A DNA stretch of 62,643 bases, filler included, from Basidiobolus meristosporus CBS 931.73 (Eukaryota; Fungi; Basidiobolomycota), in NCBI GenBank assembly GCA_002104905.1. It is 3 parts of 3 records of this genome, joined end to end, with 100 filler letters (N's around TTAATTAATTAA, not from the genome) between each part and the next. Parts side by side here need not be neighbours in the genome. Positions count along the whole stretch, not along the records: positions 1 to 25,364 come from MCFE01000932.1; positions 25,465 to 52,857 come from MCFE01000905.1; 1 more part is not named here. One strand, 5' to 3'. Numbering within the stretch: position 1 is the stretch's first letter; each line of letters opens with the position of its first letter. This document shows positions 24,291 to 35,657 of the stretch, piece after piece. The position numbers and the translations under genes were made by a program. The notes beneath the pieces were generated by a model. That model did no database searches and was not told the DNA's origin. It worked only from the letters and a program-made list of their open reading frames with translations.

Positions 24291-24496
24291 AGAAAATCAT
24301 GGTGAGTTCCACAAAATAATGGAGGAAAATTGAAAAATAACGAGTGAAGGGAATGCAAAACACCGATGGTACTCGAAAAGTATAATAATTGTGTGAGTAA
24401 TGACCTGATTAATCCATGAAATATATAATAGCAATTTTCCCAGCTAACCCATGTTGTATGCTATACAACAGCCCACAAATACGTTATTCGCTCCGC

Positions 24497-24979
24497 ATGC
24501 GCTTTATTACTGTAGGCCTTGCCGCGAATCAAGTTGCCGTTGCTGCCCTAATCGGCTGTTCTTCTCCATGCACTCGCGAGTATAGAAGGGTTCATTATCG
24601 CAGTTTACCATGTGTACAGTATGCGACCGATTACCACCAAAACGTTCGAGTTTTGCCTGTTTTTCAGACACCCATTGTCCGATCCCCGTTATTGCGTCAG
24701 GTTTTCACCACCGTGACCAGAAAGTAAGATAGCCTGAATATTGCTAATGCCAACAGCAATAAGGGCTTCAGTGTCAAGTATCAAGCAGGGCCCAGTCTTG
24801 AACTGGAGGGTCGGGGCAACGCATTAGAATATGCCAAGCAAAATGACTGTAGTTCTTTCTCTCCCTACGTTCTGATGCAGCCCACCCAAGATGTACAGTA
24901 CACAACCCTAGTAACAGAGATACAATGCGTAAAAGAACAAAATATTCCATACACTCATTGTGCTGACAATTGCACCTAA
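24497..24979 (+). pseudogene. Secreted-protein family A, copy 3 (161 codons, one internal stop)
   Basis: Single frame from ATG 24497 to TAA 24977-24979. The internal TAA at 24725 aligns with TAT (Tyr) in copy 1. Ends HCADNCT*, at the same stop position as the 6736 copy. Confidence 0.65.
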
Positions 24980-25364
24980 TAGATAAATCAACCTTAACTG
25001 AGAATATTGAGTAGGCAAGACAAATAAGCCCTCTTTGCACGACTACCCTACTCTCACAGTATCATAGACTTTCAATCCACGGTAGACACAGTTTACCAGT
25101 CCAAAAAGAATCGACATTTGATAACAGCTCACAACGACACTCACCGTAGGAACAGGGACACTTTACATTTGGTTGGTGCAAGGGTGAATAGTGCATGCAA
25201 TATAGCCGGGTAGAGAAGCTCAATCAGCGTTGTGTATCAACTACCGCATTTGGAGAACTGGTGGGCTCTTACTTTGAGATGTCAGTGAGCCCTTTTCAGC
25301 GCCAGTTTCAATGTTTGTGTACTCATTCCATCGAACTGTAAATAGTTGTATCGATATTGGGAGT

Positions 25365-25464
25365 NNNNNNNNNNNNNNNNNNNNNNNNNNNNNNNNNNNN
25401 NNNNNNNNTTAATTAATTAANNNNNNNNNNNNNNNNNNNNNNNNNNNNNNNNNNNNNNNNNNNN
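25365..25464. other. Assembly gap spacer (44 N + TTAATTAATTAA + 44 N)
   Basis: Exactly 100 bp with a six-frame-stop linker; an identical structure occurs at 52858-52957. Confidence 0.97.
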
Positions 25465-26789
25465 GTAAGTGTCATGATATGATCAAAACCTCTTAGTTTT
25501 GGGACCTGGAATATGTGACAGCCTTTTGACAGGATTATCATATTAGCTTTTTATAGGGATAGGCCTGCTATGCCTCTTTGGTGCACTAAGGCACTGAGTG
25601 GCACTCATGGCTCAATGCAACACTATCCAACAGATCAAGCATAATAAGAAGAAGTCAATCTCACACAGCTTATAGGTCAAAAGTGTTCAAACAAGTAAAT
25701 GATGTATGATTTTAACAAGCTTATGAGATATCAGGAAATTGGGAACTATTGGAACAAGCTCATATTTTGGTAGTTTGCACCATGATTTCCCTGCATAGTT
25801 ATTGGCAAGAGTTGCAGATTATTTCTATCACTTCTCTTGCTTGGGATTCAGTAGTCTTATCTCCCTATATTACCTTCACCTCCACCAGGTCCTTAATTGC
25901 TGCTTTGATTGTAAGCTTCTTGTGTTGTGTTACATTTTTCCTCAATAATGCAACATTGGTATATCTTTGTCTAATTGCTTGCCCTATCCTAGCACTCCCC
26001 TACCTACCTAACACTTGTTTGCCACATATCCTCAGCTTATAGCCCTGCTTGCAACATGCTCATAAGGGAGCTCTTGCATCTATTAATGTTGCTTTTGCAC
26101 TTCTGACTTTGATTAATACTAGTATTCTTGAGATTTGATTTCAGCATAGTGATCAGGACAAAAGAGTCTTTGCCCATTCAAGCCCAGTTAGTGCTCTTAG
26201 CACAAGCCATGCACAATCTGCACTGCCTTTGTTGCCTGATGGTCCCATGTTATACTTGCCTCTGAAATATTGTATGCTAGAACTCCTACAACATGTTGCT
26301 TGTTAGCCTTCTCTTTATTGATATACTAAATGGCTGTGCAGATTTATAAAGTATATTAATTTTGTGGTTTTGGTATATATTTATCATAATCTCTTTCCTT
26401 AATGCATTATTAAGCTCATTAGTAGGTTTTTTCATTTGATACTCATGCAAGCTCTGTAGACTGTATAGTGTACTTTGGCTGTAACATTGGGAAATTGCTC
26501 AATCTTGTCTGTGACCTAGGGTCAATGCAAATCCTTCCTTGGTGCAAAGGTACTATATATGGAAGTGAGGAGGACCAAATGAGAAATAGTACTCATATAC
26601 ATGAGAATGTAGTAACATAGCTACTTCAATAAGCTTACTATGATGGTTCTTCATTTGTATCTTACACACATACAGGTGCAATGTCTCAAATACAAGATTG
26701 TATTAAAATCACAAAAGTTTTACAAAAAAGTGAACATAATAGCATTACACTCCCCAAGAACCTTGCTATCCACTAACTAAGGCCAGAGC

Positions 26790-27219
26790 CACTACTTTGG
26801 AAGAATACTCCATTCTGGTATCTTTTGTAATATTTGATTCTTTACTAAGTCTGTTCTTGTAAAGGCAGTAATACTTCTCTCTGTTTAGAACTATTGATCA
26901 TAGCAGTACTCTTTTCAAGTCCCTGCTGGTGGAGCTTACAATTGTTTGAACTTTGGGAGTACTAGAGCATTGTTGTCTCAAAGGATGCTGAGCATAGAAC
27001 ATACTTTTGTTAAGATGCTGACTAAGTTAGGGATTGAAACTAAATGTCTTTCCCTTGACAATCTTATTGCTTTATTCCACTTCACATCAAAGTAGAGTCA
27101 AAACCAAGGTGCTACTGGCATGCATTTGTCAAAGTTTATTACACCCAGTGAGCACCCCACACAATATGCATTGTTAAAGTGTAAGATACACTTCTCCATT
27201 GGAATTTTACACTGCTGCA
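26790..27219 (+). mobile_element. Old LTR fragment of the gypsy-2 family
   Basis: Colinear diverged match to ~44960-45405 (caagtccctgctggtggag, cacccagtgagcaccccacaca, end ttacactgctgca vs atacaccaccaca). Left boundary uncertain. Confidence 0.7.
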
Positions 27220-27299
27220 GTGCTGCTAACCCAGGAGGTATTACAAGGATCATGGCCAGTATTTTGTTACGCAAGTCATAGTTGAGCACTCATCAGTCA

Positions 27300-30200
27300 T
27301 TACTGTACAATTGGTACCTTGCCAGCCACTTGATTGTTTCATAAGAGCACCTAGCAGTAATTTTCACCTTGAGCAAACTGACTCAGGTGAGTTGGTGATG
27401 CCTTTAAGCTTACCTCAGCCTTCTGAATATGGCACGCAGAAAGCTTGCTTAGAAGTAGAAGGCCCACTGATAGATTGTGAGCCTACCTCCCCTAATAAGA
27501 GTACCTTGCAAAATCCCAATATGCAATGAGACAATACCCAAGGAAAAAAATGCCAATGATACAAAGTGAGCCCAGTAATTCATTTACTGGTGAATTTTGC
27601 AATGTTGTGGCTAGAGAAGTGGCACATTTTCTCTGGTATCAATAATGGGGGCATTGAGGATTTATTTCTACATCTGGTCAGAGTCATCCTTGGATGTAAC
27701 TTACCTTGTTCATGGTACAAGTGGACAACCATCATGTGACTGGCAACATATCACCCAGAGATTGCCCTGATGCCTGCATTTGTTAAATTGTTGCATGGCA
27801 CTCACATCAAAAAATGCCACCATTGCAAGGTGTCCATCCTGTCAGGAATCCATCATCATTAGGGGAAAATGTAGCTTAGACTCTGGATATATTCCAGTAA
27901 TGGATGAACTGGATATGTATATCTTCAAGTTGCCTTCTGAATTAATCTCAACCAAGAGTACATTGTTAGCATTGGGAGTCATTAGAGGACATTGTAAGAA
28001 GGCTCACTGAATGAATTTCAAGCCTATCTCCACTCACAACAGTACCCTGCATGAGCCTGGCAAAGTCCTAATATTCCATAATACAACACCCATGGAAAAA
28101 TACTGTGGATACTTTGTGGAGCCAAGTATACTCAGTGATCCACTGGTAAATGCTGTAATTTTGTGGCTACAAAAGTGGCATAACTCCATCAATATCAGCA
28201 ATTGGGGTTTTGAGATTATTCTGCTATATGTTAGACTAGTTCCATTGGATAGTGCCACTTTGAGCCATAGGTGCCAAATAGTGAGAAAGACATGGTAGAC
28301 CTCTATTTGGCCACAGAGTGTGAAACACAGCTTTTTATCTTCATGCAAAGCAGCCCCTATGTTTACTCATGGGACTAAAATCCATTTTTTGGCATTATTT
28401 TTGATATCAATGTTGTTCACAATGTGTACAATCACTGAAGAGCTGAAGATATATATCCAGTACTCAATACACTTGGCATTCTGAATTGAGAAAATGCAGC
28501 TTGTAACATATCACAAAAATACATGGTACTCTCTTAGTCAACTAGCACTATCTACAACTATAATTAAATATTAGCCCTTTAGTAAAGCCTATACAAAGCA
28601 CTTGTTGAAATAATTAGGAGTCCATCTAATTATTAATATATTATGAACTAGCACTTAGTGAAATGACATATTTCATATTATCAACATGGAAATTAGTTTG
28701 TAATATATTTACTAATTATTAGGAATTAGAGAAGTACAGAATTTTAGGAAAATCTGAAACTTGTCCCAATGAGCTGAAACTTGGCATATGTACTCCTGAG
28801 ACTCCCCTAATAATGACCAAATAGTCACATTTATGTAGGTCTGCAATAAGTATAAATACTGTGTTGCAACTCAATAAAACATCAAATGAATATCATGTAA
28901 ATTTTCTAATTCTCCAATTCACTTCCAATATATCTCTCTAATATTTCAACAGCAGTTTTAGTGCCAGATAGTGACATGCATTTTTGTGACATGCTATAAG
29001 CAGCAGAAGCTATATCCAGAGTGCCATGGGTATTGGGTACCAAATAGATGTTGTCAGTTCTTATGTGCTTTAGTGTATCCTGCACAATATTGATCCCAAA
29101 AAAAAGGTCAAGTAATGAGTTCTTTCCTGCACTATAGGTGAAACACAGGGGCTGCTTTACATGAAGATGAAGAATTACATTTTGCACTCTGCAGCCAAAT
29201 ATATATCCATTTGGCCTCCCAGGTACACTAATGCATCATATGGCACTCATGGCGCAGAACGGCCCAAACCTATCAAATAAGTATATTACTTGAGTTAATC
29301 AGGATGCAACTTACCATCTACTAGGCACATTTAGTATACTCAATTGCAAACATTACAAACAACTAAGAAACAAGGGCTACTCTGAAGGTATATACAACTA
29401 TGCCTTTGCCTTAGCACTCTGCCAGCAAATTCTGCTGGCCATGGATTCTCATAAGCCTGAATCTGCTGCCTATCTTATGGTATCAGAGCAGAAATCTTTG
29501 GGTAGTCTCACTGAAAGCTGGGCCTAAATTGTTGTAAGAATTTGTAATTCCACCTATATTATCACATACCTAAGTTACTTAGATGAATACCCTTATAACT
29601 AACACAAATTATTATCTGATACCAATACTAAGAACATTATGTTATCATAGAGAGAATGTAAAGGAGTTGGCATGCAATTGCAACAAAGCTGGTAAGCTAT
29701 AAGTCACTGACCAGAATATAAAATCAGTTGTAAGCTGGATATACTAAAGATGAAGGGTACCTGTTAAAGCAAAAGCTTTCCCCTGGAGCATGCCTCTACA
29801 CTTAAACAGTATCTATATACTAATGGCCAAGCAATAAATGGAACATATCCAGCTAAATGAGCCCTTTGAGATACCAGAGAGATTTGAATAATTGGTAAAA
29901 TAATGCAGAGTATCCGCTACTCAAAGTATTTCTCTCAAGCTCCTGTCAGCATTCATAGGAATATGCAACAATATAAGCACAATGACTGAATGAATTGGAT
30001 TAGTATTTATAAGTAGCCTTCTGAAGCAACTTCTACCCACAATACATTGCAAGTATTGGGAGTATATATTTGTATTTTAGGAATATTTACTCAGAGATGG
30101 GTCATCAATGCCAGCCTGGCATATCTACAGCTTTTATGCAAGGAGTTTGCATTGGGATATGAGTAGCTACACAATGTGCATAAAGCTGGACACATAGATC

Positions 30201-31480
30201 TCTACCACTCCTTGATCCATTCTTCACTCCATCTTGCTTGGTGTGTGGAGAATTTTGGACCTTGCTTCACCTTTTAGGAGTTTTCTATAGAGTGGATGTG
30301 CAGAGAGATAGGAAGACAAGTCAAGTTGCAGGTACTACCATATCACAATCTCATCAAGAGTATTACCTTAGAGTCCATCATGGATGCAATGAGTTGTCAC
30401 ATGGAGGACAGCCAGGCAGAGTTGGAAAATACAGAGGACAAATTAGCATATGAAGACACCTATGCCTTTGGCATTAAGAAGCTAAGCAGCCCAATGCATG
30501 GGTAACCAGTTGAGTTATACAAAGTTGGGTTGGGTGCAACCAGCAACTAGTTTTTATTAGGAAAACTCTATCACGGTAGGCTGGATCTCTCTTGGTCATA
30601 GGACAATTTCTACACTATTCAGTATGGAACTCACACAAGCAAAAGCCAGTGTGCACCTATAAGGGGGACTAGAGTCCAGCAGGGAGAAGGAATATATTTG
30701 CTAAATACCAGAAAGCACTTTGTGGATATTCAGGAGTTATTCATGGCAGAAGTGGCAGTAGTCAAGCACATGCTTGTGACATGCATAAGTAACTATGAAT
30801 ACAAAGTATATGACTACTTTGCAAGTATCACACTGAAGAGCTGCAGATCTGAGATAATAGCAGTGTCTCCATTACAGCAGGTGTGCACATATGTAGAGGT
30901 TAGTAAAGAGGACCATTGTTTTTTTAGTTGACTATATATGAATACCAGTGGTAGCTGTGGCTAAGCAAATCTGTTGGAGTGACTCTACAATGGAATGTAT
31001 GAATTGATCAAGGGGAGATATCAAAAGGAAAACCCATTTGGTAAAATGGTATGGTAGCAATATGAACTACTAGCTGTAGGTTACTGAACTGCTGTTATAA
31101 TGTCAACAAATGTCCACACCAGGGTTGTAAAAGTACAGTCAAGGGTTTTTCCATACATGGCACTTGCAAATACTGGCCAGTTAGGTTGGCTCAAATTAGT
31201 ATTGGCCACAATAAGGTCTTCCAAATGCCATTAAGTTCTTATTGAAAAACTTCTTTAACACTGTCAGGTTCACTTACATACATAGCAGTAGAGTAAGCAA
31301 TACACCATCACAATCCCATCACAACATTATGAAGTGGGATAAATACTCCAAGCTGCTGGCATTATGATGGCCTTATTGTAAAATTGTGATGGCTGATCTG
31401 GATTAGATTGACCTTTGAGACCAACATGTTACTCATAGAGCCTGCGATGGGCTCCTGAGCAAGCAGAAGTTTTGCAGCCA
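27300..31480 (+). mobile_element. Degenerate Tnp2 (Transposase_21)/CACTA-like element, interrupted by a foldback MITE
   Basis: Colinear with 39830-42640 and 52532-55790, which carry diagnostic Tnp2 motifs. Many stops. Confidence 0.7.
28234..29255. mobile_element. Foldback/MITE element, older copy with a longer centre
   Basis: Begins TTA|GACTAGTTCCATTGGATAGTGCCA like the 51800 copy. Inverted arms at ~28234-28560 and ~28955-29255; right end degraded. Confidence 0.65.
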
Positions 31481-31859
31481 TGCCACCCTTGTTCTTCTGC
31501 CCTCAACAGTGTCTGCACTGTTAAGATATTTTCTCAGCATATTTATGCTGGCCCAGAATCTATTTGCTTATTTGAGTCCAGGATAATGCACATATGATAG
31601 GTCAAGCATATGATGCTTGTCCTAGGGCTCCTGACAGCCCCCTGGTATGCTGGCCTTAGATTGATAGCATGCTAGGCTTCTTATATCCTCCTTGCTATCA
31701 TCTTGCTGTTCAACTTTGCACTCAATGGTTTCATAAATTTTTGACGTATTTTACTTTTAAGTTGTAATATGTACATTACAGTCTCTCCCTCCTAAGATAT
31801 AGTTTGCCACTCAGTGAGCTTTCTCCATAAGTACTTTAATTGTGCACAACAGCTGTATG

Positions 31860-34320
31860 GTGTTCTTCTGCTATTACAATTTTAAGTGGCTCAGTTCTGG
31901 TTCTTGACTTTTGGATATTTCAGTTTTTTTTGATAAAGATGGCTGATTCCTTGTCAGGATTTACTTTGAGTACTTTTGCAAAATATCCGGTATCCAAAAC
32001 ATGAAATTCACAAAGTTGTCCATAAAGCCCCAAATGTGTCACATATGCTCCTGGAACCTTCCACAACCTATTCTACATGTTTACTATGCAAAGACCATAT
32101 AAAAGCATAAGTACTTCTTGTGAATTGAATGTATTGATAAGTGAGAAACTGCACAATCTGCATATTGTCTCAATCACTTCAAACATCTCCAAGACTCTTA
32201 CAGTGGGTTATCAGCCCCAAGTGGTCACTTTCTGCATTGTCTACCACTACCAATACTGGAATTTCTCAACAGCTTAAAGTTGAATGGATTCAAATCCTAA
32301 GTGTGGAAGGTAAAGATGAAGATGCTGTTACAACAAAAAGGCCTTTGGGATAATGTTAAGGGAGATGAATGAGCTCCTAAAAATATAGCGGAGGAAGCTC
32401 TAAAGTACCAGAGCAAAGTACAAAGAGCCTTTAGCTGCGTTGCCTAAGTGTTAAAAGCAAACGGTAATTCACTGCCAAAGTGCAAAGCAGGTAAGCACAC
32501 CTGGAAGGCTCCAGAAGACCTGCTAAGAAGATGTAACTTATCCAAAAGCTCCTTATTATACAGATGCTGCAAAGAAAAGAGATAAATATTCAGTAAACAG
32601 GATTACATTGCTGGTAGATGCAAGTGAGTCTTAGCATGTATCAGCTACTGATGAGGAAGTGATAGTAGCCATTCTGAATATCCTTTCAGACAAGTTTCAA
32701 TGCCTTGTATTGGTCCTTGAGTCCAGAACTGAAGATATGAACTCAGTTCATATATGTGGATGGCTGCTAAATGAAGAATAAAGAAAATCAAGAGCCCATG
32801 AGATGGAAGAAGAAAATGCCTTAATAAGCAATGACAACCAGCAAAGGGGGTACTCAGGACCCTGTAAGGGTGACAGCAGCTTGTTTTGCCACCATTGCAA
32901 AAGGAAAGGATATATATCACACTAGTACCTTGAGACAAGGGATAAGTGGCAGAAAAAGCCTCAATATGCAATTACTGCACTAACTGAAGATACACTGCTC
33001 ATATCTGCACTAAACATCACCATAACCTAGGACTCTCAGACACAAAAATACAGACTCTGGAGTATGTTAACATGCTGCACACTAAAAGGAACTTTCTACC
33101 CAGTATAACTGGATTTCAAATATAACTTATGACAAAATTATAGCCCATGCATAAAAAAAAACTTATAAGCTCGCATAAATATAATAATTCCATCTAATGC
33201 TCAAAGTGCCCAGCAGTAACAATATCTCCTATGTTTATTTCTGTTGTTCTGGATGCAGAATCACTGATTAAAATGATGCCCATATTGCTTGGGGTATCAG
33301 AATTGAGTGCTAACCTAAGTTGCCTAAAGATCCATTACACTGAAAGCCAATTTAAAAAACTCAAATGCAGAAATACCAACACCTTGGTACAGGAGATTTG
33401 GACAAAACAGTTTTAATTTTTTGTGCAAGATTATCAAATATCTGCAAATTTCCAGAGTAAATTGAATCCCCAGCCAATTTGAATCACAGTGAAGCCTGCC
33501 CAGATGAGAAACAACTAAGATAACTTTTAAAAGCTTTAGGTAAGTCAAAACTAAGAAAAAATTATTTCTAATTTACTCATATCTGAGTTGACCTATGCAA
33601 GATGTATCTTTTGGTGAGAAGATGTATTTATTCATTGTGAGAGATGATTATGCAATATACATGTGGGTCAACTTCATGGAACAACTTGAAGAGGCTCTGT
33701 CTATGTTCAAGGTGTTTAAAGCCATGATGGAGAGAGAAACCGGTGAAAAATCAAAATAATATGCACGGACAATTGTGGCAGATAAACCTCTGACCTTTGA
33801 TGCATAACCAAAACTATCCTACAATATTTGGGTAGAATTAGCTGCCACAGCTGCATACCTTTTTAATAGGAGTGGAGAAAGATACTCTCAGCTTCTGCTA
33901 TATTTGGGGAATGGCATAGATACAGACCAAGTGCACAGCATCCAAGGATATTTTGGTGCACAGCATATGTCAAGAAGCTGCCCAAAAATCAGTCAAGAGT
34001 GTACAAAACTCATTTTTGAGCTATTGCATCAAGAGCAAGACATACAGACTTTACAATAGAAGATCAAACAAGCTGACTCAGTCCAGCAATATGCTCTTTG
34101 ATGAAAATACCAATGCTCACAAAACAAACATTGGATAAAGACAAAAACATGTTGTCAAGTACACCAATAGTCAGGATTAAACTGGAGCAAAAAAATGAAG
34201 ATTTTCTCACTCTGGAGGACTCTACCACAGTTGTTCAGCCAGAATCAGTGTTTAGGGATGTCCCAAATATGATCATTTCAGTGCTACAAACTAGAAGATC
34301 CAACCAGACCAGAAATAGCC
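31860..34320 (+). mobile_element. Heavily deleted Ty1/copia relic (LTR, PBS-like site, gag and integrase scraps)
   Basis: LTR ends gactcttaca at ~32202, followed by gggttatcagccccaag. Downstream sequence is colinear with 56380-58700. Confidence 0.75.
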
Positions 34321-34893
34321 TTAGATACCCTATGAAAAATAGTTTGGCCCCACAGGTAGATTCAATCCAGCTCAGCTGTCAGGATTCTATCAGGAGACCA
34401 GTATGATACTTGTTGGTTGGATTCAATGACCCTCTACACGATCTGATGATGGGATCACAGCAGTGTTTGGACAAGTTATCCCCAAATAAAGTTAAAAAAC
34501 ATAATGGTTTTTTGGTGATGCTTATGTTATGATCTGCCGCATGAATGTTAAAGTTAGATCAGTTTTTAGTCAAAATCAATCAGTATATGTTTAGGTTATC
34601 AGTAAATCAGTATTATCTATGAAATCAGTAGCATTAGTCAGCAAATGAATCAGCAGATCCTTATCAGACAGAAATAGATATATTAAGTAGGATCCTATTG
34701 GGTGATGTTGATGCAATCAAATGAGTCATCAGCCGCAACCTACATTAGGAAATACAATTAGTCAGCAATTGATCTGGCAAAATGTATATAAGGAGCTGCT
34801 GGAACCTCAATAAAAATCAGTTCAAGTTTTAGTGAATACAATACTAGCTAAACTCCCTATTCCTCTACAACTCTTTTACCAAGACTTGTAACA

Positions 34894-35652
34894 TTGGTAG
34901 CAGCAATAACCAGAAACCTCCCTCCTGAAGAAAGAAGAAACCACCTTCAAGATGTTGGACAATCAAGAATGGAAGAATGCCATGCAGCAAATCCTGGCCC
35001 AACAGCAACAGTTACTCCAGATCCTCAGCCAACAGCAACAAGGAATGACTACCATGCTCAGAGCCAGCAAAGCCCTGTCAAGAGCAACTTCAGTGTTAAG
35101 GTCAACTGGTACCATGGCAGAGTCAATGAAAACCTGGGAACTTGGCTCTTTCAGATTGAAGAAGCTTTTAAAGCTAAAGGAATTGCTCCAGAGAGCAAGT
35201 TGCACTATGCAGCTTCTTACCTGGCAGATGCGGCTTTACAGTGGTACTACAACAAGATCAGGTCAACTACTATGATGGGATGCTCTACAATCTCTACCTG
35301 GGATGAGTTTGTGTTGGAAATTCAGGATGCTTTTGAACCACCACACCAGCAGACACTACTAAGAAGGAAGTTAAAGACACTCAGACAGAAAGGAATGGTG
35401 CAAGAATACATCTATGAGTACAGATGTCTACTTGGACAAATTGAAAGAATGGACCCCTTGGATCAAGTTGAATACTTTATTGATGGGTTGAAAGAAAGGA
35501 CTCGCAAGGAAGTTAATTACCAAAGACCTCAGACTATTGAAGAAGCCATCAAGATTGCCATTGACTATGACTCAGCTATGTTTGGAGTTCGGAAGCCTAC
35601 AGTGACTAATCAGAAAGGCTATAATCATTATGAAAAAGACAATCAGAAGTAG
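34894..35652 (+). CDS. gag: Gypsy-1 gag (Retrotrans_gag domain)
   Basis: WLFQIEEAF...AASYLADAALQWY...TWDEF...LRQKG.VQEY. Continues in the -1 frame into VVPMEID. Confidence 0.85.
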   Translation: MVAAITRNLPPEERRNHLQDVGQSRMEECHAANPGPTATVTPDPQPTATRNDYHAQSQQSPVKSNFSVKVNWYHGRVNENLGTWLFQIEEAFKAKGIAPESKLHYAASYLADAALQWYYNKIRSTTMMGCSTISTWDEFVLEIQDAFEPPHQQTLLRRKLKTLRQKGMVQEYIYEYRCLLGQIERMDPLDQVEYFIDGLKERTRKEVNYQRPQTIEEAIKIAIDYDSAMFGVRKPTVTNQKGYNHYEKDNQK

Positions 35653-35657
35653 TACCA

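Noticed and set aside
25365-25464. Palindromic TTAATTAATTAA inside N runs (also 52902-52913)
   Set aside because: Identical 44N+12+44N structure twice with stops in all six frames: an assembly linker, not biology.
34715-34740. CTGATGA on the minus strand of the gypsy-1 LTR (hammerhead core?)
   Set aside because: No downstream GAAA with stems II and III in suitable positions.
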